DNA of 64,000 nucleotides from a virus (Duplodnaviria; Caudoviricetes): IMG/VR virus record IMGVR_UViG_3300021958_000023, positions 96,001 to 160,000 of that record; one strand, 5' to 3'. Shown piece by piece: positions 56,402 to 64,000 of this stretch (position 1 is its first letter; each line of letters starts with the position of its first letter). The notes under the pieces were generated by a model. It saw only the letters and a program-made list of their open reading frames with translations, ran no database searches and was not told where the DNA came from. The position numbers and the translations under genes were made by a program.

Positions 56402-57961
56402 TTAAACCTCTCCTAGTAGCCAGCCATATGCAGCAGTTGAGTAAATTAGTGTAAAACCAGCTGCATTTGAAGTGACTAATAAGTCTGTTGATTCTCTTTG
56501 AATTTTTTCTGAGTTTCCTCCAACAGTGATAGTGTTAGAAGCTGCTAATCCAGCTACGTCTACGATTTTAACAGTGCTTCCCAAAACAGGAGAATTTGGT
56601 AGATATACTGTTTTTGGTCCGTCTGACACATCAATAAAATAACTAGCATTAGCTGTTAATGTTGTAGCATTTGTAGTTAAGTATGTCCAACCAATAGTGC
56701 CAGACATTGGTACTCTACCTCTGACAGCTAAGTTTCTTACTTCTACTTTTAAATCAGCTGGTATTGGGTTAGTATTATTTAATGTTAAAGTATTTCCAGA
56801 AACTGTATAGTCATCGTTTGGAGATTGTACTACACCAGAAATAGAAACCAGAATATTGTTAGCATCTGATACTGATGTTGCTAAAGCAAAGGTATTAGTT
56901 GCAGCAGCAGAAGTAAATTGCTCACTAGTATAGTGCAAATTAGTATTTACATAATTAGCAAACGAAGTAAGATTGCCCTCAACAAGATCAACTGTGGTTT
57001 TAGGGGCTAAAGTTGTATTAGCGTATGAAGCAAATGAATCTAAGTTAGCTTGTACTATATTAAGGTTAGTGTTAAGAGCAAAAGTTGAGTTAGCATAAGA
57101 CGCAAAAGCACTAAGATTGCCCTCTACTACTCCCGCATCTCCACTTCCTCCTCCTCCCGTAAAGGTTGTGTTAGCATAAGTCGCATAAGCATCTAAATTG
57201 TTTTGAATAGTATTAAAAGTTGTATTAGCGTAAGTACCAAAAGTATTTAGATTTGTTTCTACTACTGTAACATTTGATTGTACTGTGTTAATATTAGTAT
57301 TAGCACCAGTTAGTCCGTGAACAGCTGCATCAACATTAGATGAGACTGTATTAATTGAGGTGCTGTCACCAAAAGTAGAATTAGCATAAGACCCAAAAGT
57401 ATCTAAGTTAGTTTCTACAGTTGCCACATTTGACTGAACAGTATTAAGATTAGTGTTTGTAGCGAATGTTGAGTTAGAGTAAGATCCTAGTGTATCTAAG
57501 TTAGTAGCATTAATAGCCGCATTTGAAGAGACTGTTCCTATCGAAGTAGTAAGTGTGGTAGATAAATTAGCATCATTACCTAAAGCCGCTGCTAATTCGT
57601 TAAGAGTGTCTAAAGCTGCTGGAGCTGAGTCAACTAGTCCAGCAATCTCAGTATCTACATAAGATGTTGTTGCTAAAGTAGAGTTTGCGTATGAAGCAAA
57701 AGCATCTATATTTCCTTGTACAGTATTTAAATTGGTATCTGTAGAAAATGTTGAGTTAGCGTATGATGCAAATGAATCGGCATTTGCTTGAACTGTATTA
57801 ATATTAGTGTTAGCACCGCTAATGCCAGAGACTATTCCAGAAGTATCAGTAGAAACAGCACCAAATTCAATTTGACTGTTAGACGAACGAAATACTAGAG
57901 CATCTCCATCAGAAGCTCCTGTAGTATTAATGAGTTTGGGATTTAGTTTATCTAAAGCCAT
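56402..57961 (-). CDS. Virion fibre protein
   Basis: YANxTF repeats, APAALDTLNELAAALGND fibre motif, beta module, C-terminal LP.SP..G...GWLLGEV domain. Confidence 0.65.
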   Translation of the reverse strand: MALDKLNPKLINTTGASDGDALVFRSSNSQIEFGAVSTDTSGIVSGISGANTNINTVQANADSFASYANSTFSTDTNLNTVQGNIDAFASYANSTLATTSYVDTEIAGLVDSAPAALDTLNELAAALGNDANLSTTLTTSIGTVSSNAAINATNLDTLGSYSNSTFATNTNLNTVQSNVATVETNLDTFGSYANSTFGDSTSINTVSSNVDAAVHGLTGANTNINTVQSNVTVVETNLNTFGTYANTTFNTIQNNLDAYATYANTTFTGGGGSGDAGVVEGNLSAFASYANSTFALNTNLNIVQANLDSFASYANTTLAPKTTVDLVEGNLTSFANYVNTNLHYTSEQFTSAAATNTFALATSVSDANNILVSISGVVQSPNDDYTVSGNTLTLNNTNPIPADLKVEVRNLAVRGRVPMSGTIGWTYLTTNATTLTANASYFIDVSDGPKTVYLPNSPVLGSTVKIVDVAGLAASNTITVGGNSEKIQRESTDLLVTSNAAGFTLIYSTAAYGWLLGEV

Positions 57962-60900
57962 TAAATTGCTCCGCCATCAATTGTTCCTGGGAACACAAAT
58001 TGTAAATATCTTACATCAACATTAATACCTGAAGGTAAAGGTGCTGAATTAGAAAGAGTTAAAGTAGTACCACTTACGGTATAAGCGTCTGGTGATTGAA
58101 CTAATCCATCAATAATCACTAACATATTATTTACGTTAGAAACTGTTTGAGTTAGTGTAAAGGTGTTAGTAGACGCATCTATTGGAAAATTTGAATTAGC
58201 TACATTAGCAGCAGTAGTTGTTAAAAATGTTGAGTTAGCATATGTAGCATAAGCTACAGCATTACTTTCTACCTGATTTAAGTTGCCTGTGGCAAAAGTT
58301 GCGTTAGCATAACTAGCAAATGCATCAACATTGCCAGTGCTAAAAGTTGTATTAGCATATGACGCAAACGAATCAACATTACTCTGTACTAAGTTAACAG
58401 AATTATTTGCACCTGTCAATCCATAAATTACCGAATCTACGTTAGAAGATACTGTATTAACAGAGGTTGCCGTAGCAAAAGTTGTATTGGCGTAAGAACC
58501 AAGCGTATCGACTTCTGATCCTAGTGCTGTAACTGTAGACTCTAGTGTAGTTAAATTACTTTGAACTGTGTTGAGGTTGGTATCAGTTGCAAAAGTAGAA
58601 TTAACGTAAGAAGCAAATGAGGCTAGATTTGTTTCTACTAAATCAACGCTTGATTGAGTTATTCCAGCTGAAAAAGTAGAGTTAGCGTAGGTGGCAAAAG
58701 AAGTTAAGTTACTTTCTACTAAATCAACGCTTGCTTGAGTTATTCCAGCTGAAAAAGTAGAGTTAGCATAGGTTCCAAATGTATCAAGATTTGTCTCAAC
58801 TACTGTAACGTTAGACTGGACAGTATTAATGTTAGTATTAGCACCTGTTAGTCCATGAATTGTAGCATCTACATTAGAAGATACTGTGTTAACAGATGTT
58901 TGAGTAGCAAGAGTTGTATTAGCATATGATGCGAAAGAGTCTAAGTTACCAGTTAATACATCTATATCTGTAGCTGTTAAGAAAGTTGTATTAGAGTAAG
59001 ATCCAAAAGTATTTAAATTAGTTTCAACTACTGTAACATTAGATTGAACGGTATTGATATTAGTATTGGCACCGGTTAATCCATGAGACACTGTATCAAC
59101 ATTAGCCGATACAGTATTAACTGAAGTTTGAGTTGCAAAGGTAGTATTTACATAAGATCCAAGAGCATCAACATCACTACTAAGACTTGTTACTGTAGCA
59201 TCTAAAGTGGATAAGTTTGATTGTACTGTATTTAGATTAGTATCAGTGGCAAAAGTAGTGTTAGCGTATGAACCAAAAGTGCTTAGATTAGTTTCTACAA
59301 CATCAGTATTAGAAGATATTGTATTTATTTTGTTTGTTAATGTAACAGAAAGATTTGCGTCATTTCCTAAAGCAGCTGCCAATTCATTTAAAGTATCAAG
59401 AGTTGCTGGAGCCGATGCTACAAGGTTAGCAACTTCAGCATCTACATATGTTGTAGTAGCAAAAGTAGTATTAGAATACGAACCAAATGAGTGTAAATTA
59501 GACTGAACTGTATTAACAGAGGTTGCTACAGCAAAAGTTGTATTAGCATAAGAACCTAATGCGTGTAGGTTTGATTGTACTACATCTGATCCACCACTAA
59601 AAGTTGAATTAGCGTAGGAAGCAAACGAATCTAGAGATACTATTGTGGCAAAGGTTGTATTAGAATAGGTTCCAATAGTATCAACTTCACTACCTAAAGC
59701 AGTTACGGTTGAGTCTAGGGTAGATAAGTTAGACTGTACTGTGTTTAAGTTAGTATCTAGTGCGAATGTTGCGTTAGCATAAGAACCTAGTGTGTCTACT
59801 TCACTACCTAGTGCAGTTACAGTTGCGTCTGTAGTAGTTAAGTTAGACTGTACTGTATTAACCGAGGTCTTAGTAGCAAACGTTGTATTAGCATAAGATG
59901 CAAAAGCATCTGTATTGCCATTCAACTCATCTAGATCAGATTGTGTAACTGCTGCTGCAAATGTTGCGTTTGCGTATGTTGCGAAAGAGTCTAAATTAGT
60001 TTCTACAATATCGGTATTAGAGGAGATTGAGTTAATCTTAGTTGTAAGAGTAACCGAAAGGTTAGCATCATTACCAAGAGCTGCTGCCAACTCGTTTAAG
60101 GTGTCAAGAGTACCTGGCGCACCATTAACAAGATTAGCTAGCTCAGTATCTACATACGTAGTAGAAGCAAATGTAGAATTCGCATAAGAACCAAAAGCAG
60201 TTAAGTTATCTTCTACACTATCAACACGAGGATCGCTACCAGAAACTGTAGCAAAAGTAGAGTTAGCATATGATCCAAAATTATCTACTTCTGAATTAAG
60301 CGCAGTAAGAGTTGCTTCAGTTGTTGTCAAATTACTCTGTACTGAATTTACAGAAGTAATAGTAGCAAACGTTGTATTAGCATAGGATCCAAAATTATCT
60401 GCTACAGACTCTACTATAACAAACCTATTATTAGAGTAAACTCCTATTTGATCTATTTCTGAGTTAAGAGCTGTTACGGTAGCGTCTGTTGTAGTTAGAT
60501 TGCCCTGTACTGTATCAACTGAAGTGATGGTAGCAAAAGTAGAGTTAGCATAAGTACCGAATTGATCTACCTCACTATCTAAAGTAGAAACTGTTGAAGT
60601 CAAGCTAGTTAGGTTAGATTGTACTACGTTTAAATTAGTGTCTGTAGCAAAAGTGGTATTAGCATAAGTGCCTAGCTCATCTACTTCAGCGTTAAGAGCT
60701 GTTACTGTAGCGTCTGTTGTAGTAAGATTACTCTGTACTGTATTAATCGAAGTAATAGTAGCAAATGTTGCGTTAGAGTAAGTACCTAAATTGTCTACTT
60801 CTGAGCCAAGCGCAGTTACAGTTGCGTCTGTAGTAGTTAAGTTAGATTGTACAGTGTTGACTGAAGTGATAGTAGCGAAGGTTGCGTTAGCATAAGTACC

Positions 60901-63900
60901 GAATTGATCTACCTCACTATCTAAAGTAGAAACTGTTGTAGTTAAGCTAGTTAGATTGCTTTGAACTGTATTTATGTTTGTAGAATTAGTTGCAGCGTTA
61001 GCTGATACTGTGCCAATAGCTGTAGTAAGTGTTGCAGAAAGATTCGCATCATTACCAAGTGCGGCTGCAATCTCGTTTAAAGTATCAAGAGTAGCAGGAG
61101 CTGAATCTACAAGGTTAGCAATCTCTGTATCAACATAAGTTGTAGAAGCAAATGTTGAGTTAGCATATGAACCAAGTTGATCTACTTCACTATCTAGAGC
61201 AGTTACAGTTGAAGTCAAGCTAGTTAGGTTAGATTGCACTACGTTTAAATTAGTGTCTGTAGCAAAAGTAGAATTAGCGTATGTACCAAAAGCATTTAGA
61301 TTATCTGTTACGGTATCTACTCTAGGGTCATTTCCTGACACTGTAGTAAACGTTGAGTTAGCATATGTTGCAAAGCTATCTACATTTGCTTGTACTATAT
61401 TAAGATTAGTATCTGTAGCAAAAGTAGTATTAGCGTATGTACCGAGTTGGTCTACCTCAGCGTCAAGAGCAGTTACGGTAGCGTCTGTTGTAGTTAGATT
61501 ACTCTGAACAGTATTAACTGAAGTAATAGTAGCAAATGTTGTGTTAGAATAAGTACCGAGCTGATCAACTTCGCTATCTAGTGCGGTGACTGTAGAATCA
61601 AGAGTTGTAAGGTTACTTTGTACAGTGTCAATATTAGTATTCGCACTATCAATTCCATGAGTTAATGAGTTAATAGAAGTGTTTGTAGAGATAGCAAACG
61701 AATCTAGGTTGGATGTGATAGTGTCTACACCGATTACATCTGTAGAAACTAACTGTCTCTTTTCATAGTATGTCCCGTCACCAATAAATACTTCTCCAGA
61801 ACCTAGATTTGGAATATCATTAGTTCTACCAGCACCCATTACTTCAATAATACCGCTAGCAGCTACTTTTGTTACCTTACCTAAATTCTGAATTAATGCA
61901 GAAGAACCTGTTGGCTTAACATTAGCTAGATTACCGCTTGTACTAACATAAAGTGTTTCATTAGGATTAAAGGTAGTAGTATTTAAACCTTTGAATTCTC
62001 CAAAAGCAACTATTCTACCCTCTCCACTTGTTAAAATTTCTTCTTCAACTAGACCAATAGCTGGCATAGCAGCCGTATTTGAAGAATCAGCTAAAGCAAT
62101 TAAAGGATGATTACCGCTATATCCAGTAATATGAACGGCTTTACCTTTTGAAATAGTACTGCCTGTAAAGTTCTTAACAGGGAATGTTATAGATCTAGAC
62201 CTTTGTACTGTACCAAAGCTTAAGTTGCCGCTAGCATCTGTTATAATAGCTTCGCGTTCTGCACCATCTACTGTTGGATAAGAAATTCCATTTGCTGTTA
62301 GAATATCAGTCTGAATAGTATTAGCTTTTGCAACGTTGACATTAACATTAGCCAAACTAAAGGTATTATGAAGAGGATTTACATTTACAGTATCCTCATT
62401 ACCATCGTTATAAGTATTAAAGATATAGAATTCTTTTGTGCCTGCATCTCTATAGAAACCAGCGTGATTAGATGTAGCACCATCATAGTAATGACCAAAG
62501 AAACCAATATCAAGAGTATCAGCAGATTCATTATTGTTAGCTAAATGAATTAGTCCATCTTCTGTATTAATAGTTGTTTGGTTAACAATTGTAGTATTAC
62601 CAGTTACTGTTAAATCACCGTCAATAGTTACATCATTCTGGAAAGTTACATCAGCAGCAACTGATTGAGTAGTGCCTGTAGTCTTATTTAAATAATCTGT
62701 AGTAAGACTAGAAGAAGTAGCAAAAGTAGTATTAGCATAAGTACCAAAAGAATCAACATGACTACTTACTACATCGATATTATCCTGGACTCCATTAACT
62801 GAGGTCTTTGTAGCAAACGTTGTATTAGCATATGTACCGAATTGGTCTACCTCACTATCTAAAGCAGTTACTGTAGTATCAAGAGTGGTTAAATTAGACT
62901 GTACTGTGTCAATATTGGTATTAGATCCTTCAATACCGTGTGTTAAAGAACCTATTGTAGTATTAGTGTAGGAAGCAAAAGAGTTTAAGTTACTTAATAC
63001 TGAATCTACTCTTGGGTCTCCACCTGATACAGTAGTAAAGGTTGCATTAGCATAAGAAGCAAATGAAGCTGCATTTGCTTGCACTGTATTAAGATTAACA
63101 TCGGTAGCGAAAGTGGTATTAGCATACGTACCAAGCTGATCTACCTCAGCGTTAAGGGCTGTTACAGTAGCATCTGTTATAGTTAGGTTAGATTGTACTG
63201 TATTAACTGAGGTGGTAGTAGCAAAAGTTGAATTAACATAAGTACCGAGCTGATCTACATCGGCACTAAGAGCTGTTGCAGTCGCGTCTGTTGTAGCAAG
63301 ATTACTCTGTACTGTATTAACTGATGTTTGAGTAGCAAATGTTGAGTTAGCATAGGTGCCTAGCTGATCGATTTCTGAGTTTAAGCCAGTAACAGTTGAA
63401 TCTAGAGTAGTTAAGTTAGACTGTACTGTATCAATATTGGTATTAGCACCGGTTAATCCGTGAGATACTGCTGAAACATTATCTTGTACAGTATTAACTG
63501 AAATGATAGTAGCAAACGTTGTGTTAGCGTATGTACCGAGCTGATCTACCTCACTACCTAGTGCAGTTACTGTAGTATTAAGAGTAGTAAGATTGCTTTG
63601 TACAGTATTAAGATTGGTATCAGTAGCAAATGTTGTGTTAGCATAAACTGCAAAAGAGTCTACATTGCCTTGAAGAATATTAATACTATTTGTAAGAGTA
63701 TTAACTTGAGTACCAACATTTGCATCTACAGTATTTAAATTAGTTTGTGTAGCAAAAGTTGTATTAGAGTAAGTTCCAAGAGTATCAAGATTAGTAGAGT
63801 TTATAGCTGCGTTTGCAGAAACAGTACCAATTGCGTTTGTAAGAGTTACAGAAAGATTAGCATCGTTTCCTAATGAAGCAGCTAACTCATTAAGAGTATT

Positions 63901-64000
63901 CAAGGTTTCCGGTGCTGCATTAACTAATCCTGATACTTCTTGATCGACATAGCTCACAGAAGCAAAAGTAGTATTAGCATAAGTAGCATACGAATCTGCG
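57961..64000 (-). CDS. Giant repetitive fibre protein (>2000 aa, 5' end outside window)
   Basis: Frame is open to the window edge (…ADSYATYANTTFASVSYVD…); about 40 Y(A/S/V)NxTF motifs, four AP.TL.TLNE.AA.LGND motifs, central globular region, C-terminal IDGG. Confidence 0.75.
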   Translation of the reverse strand, partial: ADSYATYANTTFASVSYVDQEVSGLVNAAPETLNTLNELAASLGNDANLSVTLTNAIGTVSANAAINSTNLDTLGTYSNTTFATQTNLNTVDANVGTQVNTLTNSINILQGNVDSFAVYANTTFATDTNLNTVQSNLTTLNTTVTALGSEVDQLGTYANTTFATIISVNTVQDNVSAVSHGLTGANTNIDTVQSNLTTLDSTVTGLNSEIDQLGTYANSTFATQTSVNTVQSNLATTDATATALSADVDQLGTYVNSTFATTTSVNTVQSNLTITDATVTALNAEVDQLGTYANTTFATDVNLNTVQANAASFASYANATFTTVSGGDPRVDSVLSNLNSFASYTNTTIGSLTHGIEGSNTNIDTVQSNLTTLDTTVTALDSEVDQFGTYANTTFATKTSVNGVQDNIDVVSSHVDSFGTYANTTFATSSSLTTDYLNKTTGTTQSVAADVTFQNDVTIDGDLTVTGNTTIVNQTTINTEDGLIHLANNNESADTLDIGFFGHYYDGATSNHAGFYRDAGTKEFYIFNTYNDGNEDTVNVNPLHNTFSLANVNVNVAKANTIQTDILTANGISYPTVDGAEREAIITDASGNLSFGTVQRSRSITFPVKNFTGSTISKGKAVHITGYSGNHPLIALADSSNTAAMPAIGLVEEEILTSGEGRIVAFGEFKGLNTTTFNPNETLYVSTSGNLANVKPTGSSALIQNLGKVTKVAASGIIEVMGAGRTNDIPNLGSGEVFIGDGTYYEKRQLVSTDVIGVDTITSNLDSFAISTNTSINSLTHGIDSANTNIDTVQSNLTTLDSTVTALDSEVDQLGTYSNTTFATITSVNTVQSNLTTTDATVTALDAEVDQLGTYANTTFATDTNLNIVQANVDSFATYANSTFTTVSGNDPRVDTVTDNLNAFGTYANSTFATDTNLNVVQSNLTSLTSTVTALDSEVDQLGSYANSTFASTTYVDTEIANLVDSAPATLDTLNEIAAALGNDANLSATLTTAIGTVSANAATNSTNINTVQSNLTSLTTTVSTLDSEVDQFGTYANATFATITSVNTVQSNLTTTDATVTALGSEVDNLGTYSNATFATITSINTVQSNLTTTDATVTALNAEVDELGTYANTTFATDTNLNVVQSNLTSLTSTVSTLDSEVDQFGTYANSTFATITSVDTVQGNLTTTDATVTALNSEIDQIGVYSNNRFVIVESVADNFGSYANTTFATITSVNSVQSNLTTTEATLTALNSEVDNFGSYANSTFATVSGSDPRVDSVEDNLTAFGSYANSTFASTTYVDTELANLVNGAPGTLDTLNELAAALGNDANLSVTLTTKINSISSNTDIVETNLDSFATYANATFAAAVTQSDLDELNGNTDAFASYANTTFATKTSVNTVQSNLTTTDATVTALGSEVDTLGSYANATFALDTNLNTVQSNLSTLDSTVTALGSEVDTIGTYSNTTFATIVSLDSFASYANSTFSGGSDVVQSNLHALGSYANTTFAVATSVNTVQSNLHSFGSYSNTTFATTTYVDAEVANLVASAPATLDTLNELAAALGNDANLSVTLTNKINTISSNTDVVETNLSTFGSYANTTFATDTNLNTVQSNLSTLDATVTSLSSDVDALGSYVNTTFATQTSVNTVSANVDTVSHGLTGANTNINTVQSNVTVVETNLNTFGSYSNTTFLTATDIDVLTGNLDSFASYANTTLATQTSVNTVSSNVDATIHGLTGANTNINTVQSNVTVVETNLDTFGTYANSTFSAGITQASVDLVESNLTSFATYANSTFSAGITQSSVDLVETNLASFASYVNSTFATDTNLNTVQSNLTTLESTVTALGSEVDTLGSYANTTFATATSVNTVSSNVDSVIYGLTGANNSVNLVQSNVDSFASYANTTFSTGNVDAFASYANATFATGNLNQVESNAVAYATYANSTFLTTTAANVANSNFPIDASTNTFTLTQTVSNVNNMLVIIDGLVQSPDAYTVSGTTLTLSNSAPLPSGINVDVRYLQFVFPGTIDGGAI
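58200..61650 (-). repeat. Degenerate coding tandem repeats, main unit 38 aa (114 nt), with near-identical DNA copies
   Basis: Unit YANTTFATDTNLNTVQSNLTTLxxTVTALxSEVDQLGT; near-exact 81-nt tandem at 58632/58713; shared blocks at about 60544, 60886 and 61208. Confidence 0.8.

Noticed and set aside
8293-61507. Numerous short + strand ORFs antisense to late genes (e.g. 14827-15165, 33231-33518, 42333-42698, 59207-59506)
   Set aside because: Antisense shadows arising from codon bias of the - strand genes; no independent signals.
57961-64000. Repeats as CRISPR array or DGR template/variable pair
   Set aside because: Repeats are in-frame coding units varying at synonymous sites, with no unique spacers, no adenine-specific mismatch pattern seen and no reverse transcriptase in the window.
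1-64000. Alternative genetic code or prophage context
   Set aside because: Standard code gives dense, full-length genes using all three stops; no integrase, att site or host genes seen.

Overview
AT-rich 64 kb segment of a lytic tailed dsDNA phage with a T5-like (Demerecviridae-type) layout. The protein families resemble those of uncultured marine or aquatic phages; the host cannot be determined from sequence alone. The + strand (1-8091) carries DNA-metabolism genes: a 2OG-Fe(II) oxygenase fragment, SbcC/D13-like ATPase, class Ia nrdA/nrdB, glutaredoxin, D14-like resolvase, D15-like flap endonuclease and dUTPase. It ends at a bidirectional terminator. Everything from 8118 to 64000 is on the - strand and is late or morphogenesis-type. 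In transcription order it holds a giant repeat fibre (cut by the window edge) and a set of modular fibre/adhesin genes, three 2OG-Fe(II) oxygenases, terminase, HNH and portal. It continues with a protease-capsid fusion with an internal start, neck and tail genes, a -1 frameshifted tail chaperone, tape measure and a lambda-like (M/L/K/I/J) tail tip. It ends in a ~10 kb accessory block of small Lys/Arg-rich proteins, an ATP-grasp-like protein, a cluster of secreted/membrane proteins that looks like a pilin-chaperone-pore module, and two beta-propeller proteins. The most interesting signals are the putative phage-encoded pilus-like envelope module, a kissing-loop/anti-Shine-Dalgarno RNA switch after the major tail gene (with a parallel element after the capsid gene), a GGA-triloop hairpin array in a long leader, and pervasive [A/S/G]-Asn and N-x-T motifs in virion fibres next to hydroxylase genes. 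All assignments come from manual motif recognition; no searches were run.
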